From an uncultured Gemmatimonadales bacterium (GTDB taxonomy: Bacteria; Gemmatimonadota; Gemmatimonadetes; Longimicrobiales; RSA9), in the NCBI GenBank assembly GCA_963798845.1, contig CAWCUS010000002.1:1-64000 (forward strand): a stretch of 64,000 nucleotides of DNA, given 5' to 3'. Numbering within the stretch: the first letter of the stretch is position 1; the number at the start of each line of letters is the position of its first letter. Below are positions 37,057-49,347 of the stretch, piece by piece. Position numbers and translations under genes: made by a program. Below the pieces are notes generated by a model, which saw nothing but the letters and a program-made list of their open reading frames with translations, did no database searches and was not told the origin of the DNA.

Positions 37057-38205
37057 TCAGTCGCGGAAGAGCCACTGAAGGGCCGGGCCGAGGCGCCTGG
37101 CCCACGCGGACTCGTGGTGGATGGCGCCCGGCACCACGGCCACGCGGATCCGTCGGGCGGGAACGCCGGCCGCGGCGAGGGCTCTCGCGACCGCCGAGGT
37201 TCCCTCCACGTACGCCCGCGGGTACGTGAGCCTCGCGCCGCTCTTGTCCAGCACGTCCGGATCGGTGTCGCGGCTGCGCTCCGCAGTGCCCACGTCCAGG
37301 TAGAAGCGGGACGCGGACAGCGGACGGCGCACCCGTGCTCGTCCGTCGTCGTCATCGGCCCCGCCGGCATCGCGGATGGCGGCCAGCAGGCGATTGCCCG
37401 AAAGCCACGGACCGCCCGCCTCCGCGAACCACACGGCGCTGGACATGGCCAGCACGCGGGAGAACACATCTGGGCGGGTGACGCCCGCGTACAGGGCGAT
37501 GAGGCCGCCCATGCTGGAGCCACCGATGCCGGTGTCCTCCGGCCCGGGCCGGGTGCGGTAGCGGCGGTCGATCTCGGGCTTCAGCGTGCCGACCAGGAAG
37601 TCGACGTATGCGCCGCCCTCGCCGCCCTCCGTGGGTCGCGCCCAGGAAAGGTCCACCCAGTCCGCCATGTGGGTGTTGGGCCACGGGCCGTATTCGTCCC
37701 AGCGAGCCGGGCCGTTGTCCACTCCGACCATGATGAGCCCCGGGAACACGCCCGCGGCCACCAGGCTGTCCACCGTCTCATCCGCGCGCCAGTCCCCGTA
37801 CGGGCCCGCCGAGAAGAGGCTCTGCGCATCCTGAAGGTAGAGGACCGGGTAGTCGCCACCGGCGTCGTCGTAGCCCGGGGGGAGGTAGACCCGGACCGTA
37901 CGCTCGCGCCCGCCGAGCGTGGACATGAGCACCGTGAAGGAATCCACCCGGCCCGGGGAAACGGGGGCGGATCGGTGAGCAGAGGCCGCCGCGCGTTGTT
38001 GGCCCTGCGCCTGCCAGCCGGCGGCGGTCGCTTCGCTGCGGGTGGTCCCGCAGCCCGCGAGCGCCGAGAGGACGAGGAGCGTCAGCGCCCGGAGAACGTC
38101 CCTGGCAGGCGGAGGCGCCGAGCGGGTGTGGTCGGCGCCGCGCGGGTGACCGGTGCCGAAGCCCGCTGGGGAGCCGGCGGGCGAGCGTCGCAGGCGGAGT
38201 CGCAT
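37057..38205 (-). CDS. Alpha/beta-hydrolase esterase, probable lipoprotein
   Basis: VYLPPGY..YPVLYLQD, GGSSMGG, HHESAW; LAGC lipobox; start uncertain. Confidence 0.85.
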   Translation of the reverse strand: MRLRLRRSPAGSPAGFGTGHPRGADHTRSAPPPARDVLRALTLLVLSALAGCGTTRSEATAAGWQAQGQQRAAASAHRSAPVSPGRVDSFTVLMSTLGGRERTVRVYLPPGYDDAGGDYPVLYLQDAQSLFSAGPYGDWRADETVDSLVAAGVFPGLIMVGVDNGPARWDEYGPWPNTHMADWVDLSWARPTEGGEGGAYVDFLVGTLKPEIDRRYRTRPGPEDTGIGGSSMGGLIALYAGVTRPDVFSRVLAMSSAVWFAEAGGPWLSGNRLLAAIRDAGGADDDDGRARVRRPLSASRFYLDVGTAERSRDTDPDVLDKSGARLTYPRAYVEGTSAVARALAAAGVPARRIRVAVVPGAIHHESAWARRLGPALQWLFRD

Positions 38206-38280
38206 GGTGCGACGGTACGGGTCCGGAACGTCGGGATCAAGACGACACCGCAAAGGACGACGACGACCAGAGGAAGTGAC

Positions 38281-38796
38281 TTACGGTCCCCACTCCAGGA
38301 CTTCGACCCGGACCCGCGCGTGACCGGCCCGGTGAATGCCGAGCGCCTTCGCCGCCGCGGACGACAGATCGAGGATCGGGGTGAAGCTGCCGTGGCTTCC
38401 GTACGGGCCACGATCGATCACCGTCACCTCGATCTCCCGCTGATTCCGCAGGTTCGTGACCCGCAGACGGGTGCCGAACGGGAACGCCCGATGCGCCGCC
38501 ACCATGTCGCCCTGCGAGAACGCCCGCCCGCTGGCGGTCCGCTTGCCCTCGAACGTGTCGGCGTAGAACGTCGCCTGACCTTCCTCCACCTTCAGCGCGG
38601 AGCGGTCAACGGCCTTCGCCACCCGCCGGCTCGGCGCGGCGGGGAGGATGGAGGCCGCCTCCGGCGGCTCGAACGACTGCAGCTCCTCGGCGGGCGGCCG
38701 GTCCGGAGTGTCCTCGGGCGGGCCACACGCCGACAGGGCCACCACGGCGGCGAGGCCGGTGGCGCTCAGGAGCGGGCGGAGATCGGTGAAGCGCAT
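38281..38796 (-). CDS. rlpA: Septal-ring lytic transglycosylase RlpA family lipoprotein
   Basis: GQATFY..TASG..AAHRAFPFGT..VIDRGPY..LDLS; LSAC lipobox. Confidence 0.88.
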   Translation of the reverse strand: MRFTDLRPLLSATGLAAVVALSACGPPEDTPDRPPAEELQSFEPPEAASILPAAPSRRVAKAVDRSALKVEEGQATFYADTFEGKRTASGRAFSQGDMVAAHRAFPFGTRLRVTNLRNQREIEVTVIDRGPYGSHGSFTPILDLSSAAAKALGIHRAGHARVRVEVLEWGP

Positions 38797-39005
38797 CGTA
38801 TTCCCTTTACTGGTGAATCGCTCACTACTTCCTGGACCGCAAGGACCGTTCGAACGTCCGCCCACGTTCCTGCTGCGACGGCGGCAGGAGACCGCTGCAC
38901 GGCGCGTCCTGTTCGACGCGCAGGCCGTGCACAGGAATCTGAAGCTGACGGCCCTGCGCGGACGTATGTTCTCCTGGGTCGACTCGACAAGAACGGGAGA
39001 GACGC

Positions 39006-39353
39006 ATGCGCAGACACGTCAAGATCCTCGGCTGGCTCCAGATCGGACTCGGCATCCTCGACCTCCTCATGGGCCTCGCCGCGTTCGGCCTGCTCACCGG
39101 AATCGGCGTGCTCTCGGGCGACGCCCACGCGTTCGGGGCGATGGCGCTCATCGGGAGCTTCGCCGGCGTCCTCATGCTCGTCATGTCGGTGCCCAACTTC
39201 CTCGTGGGGCTTGGCCTGCTGCGGAACTGGGGCGGCTGGGTGATCGTCCTGGCGGTCCTGCTCGGGGTCTTCAACCTCCTCAAGTTCCCCTTGGGCACCG
39301 CGATCGCCATCTACACGTTCTGGATCGCGTACCGCCTCTCGAAAGGGGATTGA
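39006..39353 (+). CDS. Small hypothetical membrane protein
   Basis: Hydrophobic; RHVKILGWL..FPLGTAIAIYTFW. Confidence 0.75.
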   Translation: MRRHVKILGWLQIGLGILDLLMGLAAFGLLTGIGVLSGDAHAFGAMALIGSFAGVLMLVMSVPNFLVGLGLLRNWGGWVIVLAVLLGVFNLLKFPLGTAIAIYTFWIAYRLSKGD

Positions 39354-39528
39354 GCCCTCGACTACCCGAGTGGGCGCCGGCGCCGCGCGCCGCGGCCGCT
39401 CTCGGACATCATCCTCCCGAAGTCCGTCCGTCCGTTCCCTACCGCCGCCCGAATCTTGCAACGATGGGCGTCTGCCGCGTAGGCTTTCTGTCTGACAAAT
39501 ATTTCTTGACAATGACCAGTGGAGCGTG

Positions 39529-41596
39529 ATGGCCCGAGCGAAGAACGTTTTTCCGACGAACGCCCGCAGCCGCGTGATCATCGAGGCGGTCGAGCCGGAA
39601 GTGGATGGGGGGCGGTTCCCCGCGAAGGGGACGCCCGGGACGGTGTCTGTGGAGTGCGACGCGTATGCGGACGGACACGATGCCATAGCGGTGGCGCTGC
39701 TCTACCGGAAAGAGGGCAAGCGACAGTGGCAGGAGGTCCCTATGTCGCTGGCGTACAACGACCGCTGGCGGGGGTGGTTCCGTGCGGAGGAGGTGGGGCG
39801 TTGGGAGTACACGGTGGAAGCGTGGCCGGACCCGTGGTCGACGTGGGAGCGCGGGATGCGGAAGTGGCTGGAAGCGGATGTGGACGTGGAAACGCACCTG
39901 TTGGTGGGGGCGCAACATTCTGGCGGCGGCGGCGGCACGGGCGGGGAGCGGATGGCCGGAGGACGCGGAGCGGCTGTCGGCGCTGGCGAGCCGCCTGACG
40001 GAGGCGGACGAGCCCGCGGAGACGCGTGCGGCGGCGGCGTTCACGGAGGAGGTCGCGGAGCTCATGCGCAAGCACGCGGACCGTTCCGCCGCGACGCGCT
40101 ACTCGCGGGTGCTGCGCCTGGTCGTGGACCCGGAGCTGGCGCGCTTCAGCGCCTGGTACGAGCTGTTCCCCCGATCTCTGGGCCCGGCGGGGGAGCACGG
40201 GACGCTCAGGGACGTGGAGGCTCACCTGGCGCACGTGGCCGAGCTGGGGTTCGACGTGCTCTACCTGCCGCCGATCCACCCGATCGGTAGAACGCACCGG
40301 AAGGGGAAGAACAACACGCCGGACGCGGCGCGGGATGCCGTGGGCTCGCCCTGGGCGATCGGGTCGGAAGAGGGCGGCCACAGGTCGATCCACCCGTCGC
40401 TCGGCACGCTGGGGGAGCTGAAGCGGCTGGTGAAGCGGGCGAGGGAGGAGCACGGGATCGAAGTGGCGCTGGACATCGCGTTCCAGGCATTGCCCGACCA
40501 CCCATGGGTGAAGGAGCACCCGTCGTGGTTCAGGCACCGGCCGGACGGGAGCATCGCCCACGCGGAGAACCCGCCGAAGAAGTACGAGGACATCTACCCG
40601 CTGGACCTCGAGACGGAGGATTGGCAGGGGCTGTGGGGTGAGCTGGAGGGCGTGTTCCGGTACTGGAGGGAGAAGGCGGGGGTGCGTGTGTTCCGGGTGG
40701 ACAACCCGCACACGAAGAGCCTGCGGTTCTGGGAGTGGTGCATCGGGCGACTGAAGGCGGAATACCCCGACCTGGTGCTCCTCTCGGAAGCATTCACGCG
40801 GCCGAAGGTGATGTATCGCCTGGCGAAGCTCGGCTTCACGCAGAGCTACACGTACTTCGCCTGGCGCAGGGCGAAATGGGAGATCGAGGAGTATTTCAGG
40901 GAGCTCTCGAGCCCGCCCGTAGTGGATTTCTTCAGGCCGAACGCGTGGCCGAACACGCCGGACATCCTCACGGACCAGTTGCAGACGGGGGAGAAGGCGA
41001 TGTACCTCCAGCGGCTGGTGCTGGCGGCCACGCTGTCCGCGAGCTACGGGATCTACGGCCCGGCGTTCGAGCTGCTGGAGGGGCGGCCGCGGGAGGCGGG
41101 GAAGGAGGAATACCTGGACAGCGAAAAGTACCAGATCCGGGACTGGGACTACGCGGGGGAATCGCTGAAGGAGTACATCCGCCGGATCAATCGGATCCGC
41201 CGCGAGAACCCGGCGCTCCAGCACAACCGGTCGCTGCGCTTCCACGGGGCCGACAACGACCAGGTCCTGGCGTTCAGCAAGTGGAGCCACAGCGACGGCA
41301 CGCCGTTCCGCTACCGCTACCTGGAGGAGAAGCCTGGAGATGGCGGCAACCTGATCCTGGTCGTGGTGAATCTGGACCCGTGGCACACGCAGCCTTCCAT
41401 GGTCCACCTCCCCCTCGACGACTGGGGGATCGGCAGCGACGAGAGCTTCGAGGTCCACGACCTGATGAGCGACGCGCGTTACGTCTGGCGCGGGGGGGAC
41501 AACTACGTGGAGCTGAATCCCTACGTCTTCCCGGCGCACATCTTCCGGGTCACCCGAAGCGGGTCCCGCGACGAACACGGGCGGGACGAGTTCTGA
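39529..41596 (+). CDS. glgE: Alpha-1,4-glucan:maltose-1-phosphate maltosyltransferase, +1 frameshift at ~39906-39916
   Basis: VDGGRFPAK; FSAWYELFPRS, YLPPIHPIG, ENPPKKYEDIYP, FRVDNPHTK, QSYTYF, NTPDIL. Confidence 0.93.
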
Positions 41597-41768
41597 CGAG
41601 CATTCGACGAACGCTCGCTGCGCTCGCCTCCGAACGGCCCGGTCGGCCGCTCCGCGGCCTCCGGGCTGCCGCGCGGCGCGCGGATTCGAGGCGTCGCCGG
41701 GAGGCAGCGCAGCGACCGCAGGGCCAACGAACGACGAAAGCACGGACAACCACGCGACCACGGACGAG

Positions 41769-44700
41769 ATGCCCGCCAAGCCGAAGACCCCGAAAGCTCC
41801 TTTGAAGCCCGATGTTGCCCCGGACGATCCGTTCTGGTACAAGGACGCGATCATCTACGAAGTGCACGTGCGGGCGTTCTTCGACACGAATGGCGACGGA
41901 ATCGGCGACTTCCGGGGTCTGACGGAAAAGCTGGATTATCTGGAGGACCTGGGGGTGACGGCGCTCTGGCTGTTGCCGTTCTACCCGTCGCCGTGGTTCG
42001 ATGACGGCTACGACATTGCGGACTACACGGACGTACACGGTGCGTACGGCACGGTCGGGGATTTCCGGCGGTTCCTGAAGGAGGCGCACAAGCGGGGGAT
42101 CCGGGTGATCACGGAGCTGGTGATCAACCACACATCGGACCAGCACCCGTGGTTCCAGCGGGCGAGGCGGTCGAAGAAGGGATCGAGCCACCGAAACTTC
42201 TACGTGTGGAGCGACTCGCCCGAGAAGTACAGGGACGCGCGGATCATCTTTCAGGATTTCGAGGCGAGCAACTGGAGCTGGGACCCGATCGCGGACCAGT
42301 ACTACTGGCACCGCTTCTACGCCAAGCAGCCGGACCTGAACTACGACAACCCGGCCGTGCACCGGGAGGTGTTCAGGGCCATGGACTTCTGGTGGAAGAT
42401 GGGGGTGGACGGGATGCGGCTGGACGCCATCCCGTACCTGTACGAGCGGGAAGGGACGAACTGCGAGAACCTGCCCGAGAGTCACCAGCTCCTGAAGTCG
42501 CTGCGCGCGCGCATCGAGGAGCGCTACGGCAACCGGATGCTGCTGGCGGAAGCGAACCAGTGGCCGGAAGACGCCGTGGAGTACTTCGGCGACGGCGACG
42601 AGTGCCACATGTCGTTCCATTTCCCCGTCATGCCGCGGCTGTTCATGTCTGTCCAGATGGAGGATCGATTCCCGATCCTGGACATCCTGGACCAGACGCC
42701 AGCGATCCCGGACAACGCGCAGTGGGCTGTGTTTCTGCGCAACCACGACGAGCTGACGCTGGAGATGGTGACGGACGAGGAGCGCGACTACATGTACCGG
42801 ATGTACGCCCAGGACCCGCAGATGCGGATCAACCTGGGGATCCGGCGCCGCCTCGCCCCGCTGCTCGGGAACAACCGTCGCAAGTTCGAGCTGCTGAACG
42901 GGCTGCTCATGTCGCTGCCCGGCACGCCGGTGCTGTACTACGGCGATGAGATCGGGATGGGCGACAACGTCTACCTGGGCGATCGGAACGGCGTGCGGAC
43001 ACCGATGCAGTGGAGCGGCGATCGCAACGCAGGCTTCAGCCGTGCCAACCCCCAGAAGCTGTACCTGCCGGTGATCACCGATCCGGAGTACCACTTCGAG
43101 GCGGTGAACGTGGAAGCGCAGCAGAACAACCCCAGCTCGCTGCTCTGGTGGATGCGCCGGCTGATCGCGCTGCGGAAGCGGTTCAAGGCGTTCAGTCGGG
43201 GGAGGATCGAGTTCCTGCAGCCGGAGAACCGGAAGGTGCTGGTGTTCGTCCGGCACTTCGAGGATGAACACGTCCTCGTGGTGGCGAACCTGTCGCGCTT
43301 CACGCAGGCGGTGGAGCTGGACCTCTCGGAGCACGAAGGGCGTGTGCCGGTGGAGCTGTTCGGGCACACCGGGTTCCCCCGCATCGGAGAGCTGCCGTAC
43401 TTCCTGACCCTGGGGCCGCACACGTTCTACTGGTTCCAGCTGACGCCGGAACGGAGCGGCGAGCAGCCGAGCGAGGAGCTGGGGCTGCGCCCCGATTGGC
43501 CAGTGCTCGCGCCCGCGGATGGGGACTGGCGCTCGCTGGTGGCGGGCGACGAGCGGGAAGCGCTGGAGCAGGTGCTCCCGGCGTATCTACGCCCCCGTCG
43601 CTGGTTCGGCGGGAAGGCCAGGAAGATCCGGAGCGCCGAGGTGGTGGAGGCGCTGGATGCCAGCAACCACGAGCTGACCGCGTACCTGCTGCTGGTCCGC
43701 GTCAACTACATGCAGGGGGACGCGGAGACCTACGTGCTCCCGGTTGCGCGGGCGGAAGGGCGGGGCGCCACCAGGCTGGAGAAGGAGCATTCGCACTCGG
43801 TGATCGCGCGGCTGGCCGGCACCGCGGGGAAAGACGGCGGAGTTCACCACGCGGTGCTGTTCGACGCCACGGCGGAGCCGGCGTTCGCGCAGGAGCTGCT
43901 GCGCGTGATGGCCACGCGGCGGAAGCTGCGTGGCGAGAAGGGCGAGGTGGTGGGCGCGCTGGTGAAGGAGTTCCGGGACCGGCGTCGGTCGGATCCGGAG
44001 TCGCTGAAGCCGCAGCTGATGAAAGTGGAGCAGAGCAACACCTCGCTCATGTACGGGTCGGAGCTGTTCCTGAAGCTGTTCCGGAAGGTGGATCCCGGCG
44101 TGAACCCGGATCTCGAGATCGCGCAGCAGCTGGTGCGGAAGGGGTTTGTGCACACCCCCCCGGTGGTGGGGGAGCTGTCGTACGTGCAGGGGAAAGCGTC
44201 TTCGACCGTGGCCGTGCTGAAGCGCTACGTGGCCAACGAGGGGGACGCGTGGTCGTACACGCTCGATGCTCTCAGCGGCTTCTTCGAGCGGGCGCGCAGC
44301 ACCGAAGCGAAGCCGGAGCGGCTGGCGCTGGACGTGGACGGGATGCTGGAGCGCGCTGCCGCGGAAGAGCCGCCGGAGCTGGCCAAGATGCTCATGGGCT
44401 CGTACCTGGAATCGGCCAGGACGATCGGCAACCGTACGGCCGAGATGCATCGAGCGCTGGCCGAGGGGATCGACCGCAAGGAGTTCGCGCCCGAGCCGTT
44501 CAGCGCGCTGTACCAGAGGTCGCTCTACCAGTCGATGCGCAACCTGACGGGGCGGACCCTGCAGACGCTCGAACGCGAGGTCCGGGCACTTCCGGAGTCG
44601 GTCAGGAGCGACGCCGCTTCGGTCCTGGAGCGCCGGGGCGAGATCCTGACGCGCATGGGGGCGCTGGTGGGCGAGAAGATGGAGGCGCAGAGGATCCGGA

Positions 44701-45173
44701 CCCACGGCGACTATCACCTCGGGCAGGTCCTCTACACCGGTCGCGACTTCATCATCATCGACTTCGAGGGCGAGCCCGCGCGACCGCTCACGGAGAGGCG
44801 GCTGAAGCGGTCACCGCTTTCCGACGTGGCCGGGATGCTCCGCTCGTTCCACTACGCCGCGTACACGGCGCTGGCGGACGACGAGGCCCGTGGCGCGGCG
44901 CGGGCGGGGGACCGGAAGAAGGCGGAACGGTGGGTGCGATTCTGGGCCGGCTGGGCGAGCGCGGCGTTCCTCCGAGCCTATCTGCGGGAGGCGAGATCCG
45001 GCGAGAACGGGGCGCCGTTCCTCCCCACGCGGAAGGACCAGCTGCGCACGCTCCTGGAGGCGCACCTGCTGGAGAAAGCGGTGTACGAGCTGGGCTACGA
45101 GCTGAACAACCGGCCCGACTGGGCGCGGGTCCCGATCCTCGGAATCCGGCAGCTGCTGAACGGAAAGGCGTAA
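41769..45173 (+). CDS. treS: Trehalose synthase fused to maltokinase (TreS-Mak/Pep2)
   Basis: WYKDAIIYEVHV, RLDAIPYL, FLRNHDELTLE, NLGIRRRLAP; C-terminal EQSNTS, HGDYHLGQVL, DFEGEP. Confidence 0.95.
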   Translation: MPAKPKTPKAPLKPDVAPDDPFWYKDAIIYEVHVRAFFDTNGDGIGDFRGLTEKLDYLEDLGVTALWLLPFYPSPWFDDGYDIADYTDVHGAYGTVGDFRRFLKEAHKRGIRVITELVINHTSDQHPWFQRARRSKKGSSHRNFYVWSDSPEKYRDARIIFQDFEASNWSWDPIADQYYWHRFYAKQPDLNYDNPAVHREVFRAMDFWWKMGVDGMRLDAIPYLYEREGTNCENLPESHQLLKSLRARIEERYGNRMLLAEANQWPEDAVEYFGDGDECHMSFHFPVMPRLFMSVQMEDRFPILDILDQTPAIPDNAQWAVFLRNHDELTLEMVTDEERDYMYRMYAQDPQMRINLGIRRRLAPLLGNNRRKFELLNGLLMSLPGTPVLYYGDEIGMGDNVYLGDRNGVRTPMQWSGDRNAGFSRANPQKLYLPVITDPEYHFEAVNVEAQQNNPSSLLWWMRRLIALRKRFKAFSRGRIEFLQPENRKVLVFVRHFEDEHVLVVANLSRFTQAVELDLSEHEGRVPVELFGHTGFPRIGELPYFLTLGPHTFYWFQLTPERSGEQPSEELGLRPDWPVLAPADGDWRSLVAGDEREALEQVLPAYLRPRRWFGGKARKIRSAEVVEALDASNHELTAYLLLVRVNYMQGDAETYVLPVARAEGRGATRLEKEHSHSVIARLAGTAGKDGGVHHAVLFDATAEPAFAQELLRVMATRRKLRGEKGEVVGALVKEFRDRRRSDPESLKPQLMKVEQSNTSLMYGSELFLKLFRKVDPGVNPDLEIAQQLVRKGFVHTPPVVGELSYVQGKASSTVAVLKRYVANEGDAWSYTLDALSGFFERARSTEAKPERLALDVDGMLERAAAEEPPELAKMLMGSYLESARTIGNRTAEMHRALAEGIDRKEFAPEPFSALYQRSLYQSMRNLTGRTLQTLEREVRALPESVRSDAASVLERRGEILTRMGALVGEKMEAQRIRTHGDYHLGQVLYTGRDFIIIDFEGEPARPLTERRLKRSPLSDVAGMLRSFHYAAYTALADDEARGAARAGDRKKAERWVRFWAGWASAAFLRAYLREARSGENGAPFLPTRKDQLRTLLEAHLLEKAVYELGYELNNRPDWARVPILGIRQLLNGKA

Positions 45174-47284
45174 TGGCGGCCCTGAAGGGATTGTACGCCC
45201 TGGCGCGGCTGCACGGCATCCAGACCGCCTACCGGGAAAATGGCGGCCGGCGAGTCGGCGCCTCACCGGAGTCTCTGCTCGCCGCACTGGCCGCACTGCG
45301 GGTCCCCGTCCGCGACGCGGCGGATGTCGCGCGCCTCCTGCGACACGGGGAGCGCATGCGCTGGGAGCGGGCCCTCGAGCCCGTGGCCGTGGCGTGGGAG
45401 GAGCGCGCCTCCTCCTTCGGTGTCCGGCTGCGGGGCTCATCCGGCGTCCGGCTGCACGTCACCGTCGCGCTCGAGGGCGGGGGTGAGCGGTCGTGGTCGG
45501 CGGAAGCGGCGACGCTGGACGTTCTCGACTCCGCGGTGGTCGATGGGGTCGCCTTCACCCGCATCCGGGTCGGTCTTCCCGACCTCCCGTATGGCTACCA
45601 CGACCTGCACGTTGAAGTGCGAGATCCGACGCGTCCGCCCGCGCGGCATCGGGCGCTGCTGATCTCGGCGCCCATGAGGGCCGCGGGTTGGGAGTCGCTG
45701 GGCGAGCGGCGCGCCTGGGGCGTCTTCGCTCCGCTGTACGCGCTGTGGGAAACGGCCGGGCCACCGTCGTTCTCGCTCCTGGATCGGCTGGCAGAGGAGG
45801 TGGCGCGGCTGGGCGGCTCGGTGGTGGGCACGCTGCCGCTGCTCGCCGCGTTCCTGGACCGGCCGTACGAGCCGAGCCCGTACTCGCCTGTGAGCCGACT
45901 CTTCTGGAACGAGGTGTACGCGACGGCTGAGGGGGAGGGCGCCGCCGCCGCCCCGGTATCCGCCTCGCCATCGGCGACCGGGGGCGGGGCCGATGAGCCC
46001 GCGATGTCCGGCACCGGAAGCGCGGCAGGCGCCGGACGCCCGGGCAGTTTCGACCCCCGCGCCGCGCTGGCGAGGAAGCGGCCGGCGGTGGAGCGGCTCG
46101 CCAACCGGCTGTTCGCGGCGGCAGACGGGTGGCCGGCGGAGCTGGCGTCGTTCCGGGCGAGGAACCCGGCGGTGGAGGACTACGCGCGCTTCCGTGCGCT
46201 GACGGAGCAGCGGGGTCCGTGGCGCAGGTGGCCCGATCGGATGCGGGCGAGGGATGTCCGGGCGGGCGACTACCCGGAGCAGGCGGCGCGCTACCATGCG
46301 TGCGCGCAGTGGCTGGCGGAGCGCCAGCTCGCGGAGGCACGAGAATCCGCAGAGGCCCGGGGAGTCTCGCTGTACCTCGACCTCCCGCTCGGCGTCCACC
46401 CCGACGGCTACGACGTCTGGCGTCACCGCGCGGTCTTCGCCACGGGCGCCGCCGCGGGCGCACCGCCGGACCCCCTGGCCGCGGGAGGCCAGAACTGGGG
46501 ATTCCCGCCGCTGCACCCGGAAGCGAGCCGGCTGGACGGGCACGCGTATTTCATCGCTTCGATCCGGAAACACCTCCGCTTCGCCCGCGTGCTGAGGATC
46601 GACCACGTGATGCAGCTCCACCGGATGTTCTGGGTGCCGGACGGGGTGGACGCGGCGCGCGGCGTGTACGTGCGCTACCCCGCCGAGGAGCTGTACGCGA
46701 TTCTCTGTCTCGAGTCGCACCGGGCGGGGACGGTGATCGTGGGTGAGGACCTGGGGACCGTGCCGCAGGAGGTACGGCGGGCCATGCGCCGGCATGGCCT
46801 GCCGGGGATGTGGGTCGCGGAGTTCGAGATGACCGAGACGGAGAAAGGGGCGCTCGAGCCGAGCAGGGTCCCCGCGCGGGTCCTGGCATTGGTGGACACG
46901 CACGACACCCCGACGTTCGGCGGGTGGTGGTCGGGGCGTGACGCGGAGATCCGGCGCGACGCGGGGCTGATGTCGGCGGAGGACGCGGCGGTGGAAGTGG
47001 CGGGACGGGCGGAGCTGCGCCGGAAGCTGGCGCGGGGAGCAGGCGTGTCGGGGGCCGGAGAAGTCCACGCGGAGCTGCTGCGCCGGATGGGACGCTCGTC
47101 GGCCGGATTGGTCCTTGCGACAATGGAGGATCTCTGGCAGGAGACGGAGCCGCAGAACGTGCCGGGCACCACGCTGGAGTCGAACTGGTCGCGGCGGTCG
47201 CGTCGTCCGCTCCGGGCGCTGCGCGACCCGGTGGTGTCAGAGCAGCTGAGAGGGTTGAACCAGGCGAGAGAAGGCAACGGATGA
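45173..47284 (+). CDS. malQ: 4-alpha-glucanotransferase (GH77)
   Basis: [56 protein letters not shown] overlap. Confidence 0.92.
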   Translation: MAALKGLYALARLHGIQTAYRENGGRRVGASPESLLAALAALRVPVRDAADVARLLRHGERMRWERALEPVAVAWEERASSFGVRLRGSSGVRLHVTVALEGGGERSWSAEAATLDVLDSAVVDGVAFTRIRVGLPDLPYGYHDLHVEVRDPTRPPARHRALLISAPMRAAGWESLGERRAWGVFAPLYALWETAGPPSFSLLDRLAEEVARLGGSVVGTLPLLAAFLDRPYEPSPYSPVSRLFWNEVYATAEGEGAAAAPVSASPSATGGGADEPAMSGTGSAAGAGRPGSFDPRAALARKRPAVERLANRLFAAADGWPAELASFRARNPAVEDYARFRALTEQRGPWRRWPDRMRARDVRAGDYPEQAARYHACAQWLAERQLAEARESAEARGVSLYLDLPLGVHPDGYDVWRHRAVFATGAAAGAPPDPLAAGGQNWGFPPLHPEASRLDGHAYFIASIRKHLRFARVLRIDHVMQLHRMFWVPDGVDAARGVYVRYPAEELYAILCLESHRAGTVIVGEDLGTVPQEVRRAMRRHGLPGMWVAEFEMTETEKGALEPSRVPARVLALVDTHDTPTFGGWWSGRDAEIRRDAGLMSAEDAAVEVAGRAELRRKLARGAGVSGAGEVHAELLRRMGRSSAGLVLATMEDLWQETEPQNVPGTTLESNWSRRSRRPLRALRDPVVSEQLRGLNQAREGNG

Positions 47285-49167
47285 GTGAATCGGCAACGCT
47301 GACGGAATACGACCGCTACCTTTTCAACGAGGGGAGCCATCAGGCCGTGTACGAGCGCCTCGGTGCGCACCCGGAGGCGGACGGGACGCGCTTCGCGGTC
47401 TGGGCCCCATCGGCGGAGGCGGTGAGCGTCATCGGGGACTTCAACGACTGGGACAAGACCGCGACGCCGCTGGAGCCTCAGGGCTCGTCCGGGATCTGGA
47501 CCGGGCGGGTGCCCGGCGTGGAACGGGGTGCGATCTACAAGTATCACATCCGCTCGCGCCGTGCCGGGTACCGCGTGGACAAGGCGGACCCGGTAGGGTT
47601 CCACCAGGAAACGCCACCGAAGACGGGGTCGGTGGTGTGGGATCTGGCTTACGATTGGGGAGACGAGGAATGGCTGGCGGGGCGCGGCGAGCGGAACCGC
47701 CTGGACTCGCCGATCTCGATCTACGAAGTGCACCTGGGATCGTGGATGCGGCCGCCGGACCGGGAGTTCAACACGTACCGGGAGATGGCGCCTCGCCTGG
47801 CGGAGTACGTGCGCGACGCCGGCTTCACGCACGTGGAGCTGCTCCCGATCATGGAGCACCCGTTCTACGGGTCGTGGGGGTACCAGACCACCGGGTACTT
47901 CGCGCCAACGAGCCGCTACGGCACGCCGCAGGACTTCATGTACCTGGTGGACCACCTGCACCAGGCGGGGATCGGCGTGATCCTGGACTGGGTCCCCAGC
48001 CACTTCCCGAACGACGAGCACGGGCTGGCCTACTTCGACGGCACGCACCTCTTCGAGCACTCCGACCCCCGGAAGGGGTACCACCCCGACTGGAAGTCCG
48101 GGATCTTCAATTACGGCCGGAACGAAGTGCGCAGCTTCCTGATCAGCAGCGCCATGTTCTGGCTCGACCGATACCACGTGGATGGGCTGCGTGTGGACGC
48201 GGTCGCCTCCATGCTCTACCTCGACTACTCGAGGCAGGAAGGGGAGTGGATCCCCAACCAGCACGGAGGGCGTGAGAACCTGGAAGCGATCTCCTTCCTG
48301 CGACAGCTGAACAGGGCGGTGTACGAGCGCTTTCCGGACGTACAGACGTTCGCGGAGGAGTCCACCGCATGGCCGATGGTGTCGCGCCCGCCGGAGATCG
48401 GCGGGCTCGGCTTCGGGCTGAAGTGGGACATGGGGTGGATGCACGACACGCTCGAGTACATGGCCCGCGACCCGGTCCACCGCGTGCACCACCACGACGA
48501 GATCACGTTCCGGGCCGTGTACATGTTCACGGAGAACTACACCCTGCCGCTGTCACACGACGAAGTGGTCTACGGGAAAGGGTCGCTGATCGGCAAGATG
48601 CCCGGCGACGCCTGGCAAAAGCGGGCCAACCTGCGAACGCTCCTGGCGTACATGTACGGCCAACCGGGCAAGAAGCTGCTGTTCATGGGGGGCGAGTTCG
48701 GCCAGTGGGGGGAATGGGCGCACGAGCACGAACTGGAATGGGGGCTGCTCGAGCAGCCGGAGCACCGGGGTCTGCTCAAGCTCACCTCCGCCCTCAACAC
48801 CCTGTACCGCGAGCGACCGGAGCTGTACGAGAAGGATACCGTGCCGGAAGGGTACGAATGGGTGATCGGCGACGACCGCGCCAACAGCGTCCTCGCCTTC
48901 CTCCGGCGCGGCCACGACCGGGGCAGCGCCGTGCTCTGCGTATACAACTTCACCCCCGTCCCCCGCGACGAATACCGCGTCGGCGTCCCGTTCGCGGGGA
49001 CGTGGGACGTGCTGCTGGACTCCGACGCCGAGCAGTTCGGCGGGAGCGGGTACGCCGCATCGCAGGAAACGGTGGAGACCGACGAAGAGCCGGCGCACGG
49101 GCGGGAGCAGTCGCTCTCGCTGGTGCTGCCGCCGCTGGCAGCGGTGTTCCTGGCGCCGCGGCGGTAG
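47281..49167 (+). CDS. glgB: 1,4-alpha-glucan branching enzyme
   Basis: [49 protein letters not shown]. Confidence 0.96.
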   Translation: MSESATLTEYDRYLFNEGSHQAVYERLGAHPEADGTRFAVWAPSAEAVSVIGDFNDWDKTATPLEPQGSSGIWTGRVPGVERGAIYKYHIRSRRAGYRVDKADPVGFHQETPPKTGSVVWDLAYDWGDEEWLAGRGERNRLDSPISIYEVHLGSWMRPPDREFNTYREMAPRLAEYVRDAGFTHVELLPIMEHPFYGSWGYQTTGYFAPTSRYGTPQDFMYLVDHLHQAGIGVILDWVPSHFPNDEHGLAYFDGTHLFEHSDPRKGYHPDWKSGIFNYGRNEVRSFLISSAMFWLDRYHVDGLRVDAVASMLYLDYSRQEGEWIPNQHGGRENLEAISFLRQLNRAVYERFPDVQTFAEESTAWPMVSRPPEIGGLGFGLKWDMGWMHDTLEYMARDPVHRVHHHDEITFRAVYMFTENYTLPLSHDEVVYGKGSLIGKMPGDAWQKRANLRTLLAYMYGQPGKKLLFMGGEFGQWGEWAHEHELEWGLLEQPEHRGLLKLTSALNTLYRERPELYEKDTVPEGYEWVIGDDRANSVLAFLRRGHDRGSAVLCVYNFTPVPRDEYRVGVPFAGTWDVLLDSDAEQFGGSGYAASQETVETDEEPAHGREQSLSLVLPPLAAVFLAPRR

Positions 49168-49178
49168 GCGCCGGGCCA

Positions 49179-49269
49179 CGCCGCTTCGAATCCGGCTCCG
49201 CCGGGCGGCGCCGGGACGCGCCGCTTCGAATCCGGCTCCGCCGGGCGGCGCGGGACGCGCCGCTTCGAA
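49179..49269 (+). repeat. ~40-bp tandem repeat (about 2.3 copies), intergenic
   Basis: CGCCGCTTCGAATCCGGCTCCGCCGGGCGGCGCCGGGACG repeated. Confidence 0.8.
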
Positions 49270-49347
49270 AGCGAGCGGAGCGAGCGTGCGTGGCTCACCT
49301 GGCGCGAGGACATCAACCTGCCTGGGCCTTTCCAGGCGCAAGGACAC

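Noticed and set aside
38935..38960. GAAGCTGACGG resembling the attC L'' arm
   Set aside because: No upstream TAAC and no complementary CAGCTTA..GTT arm
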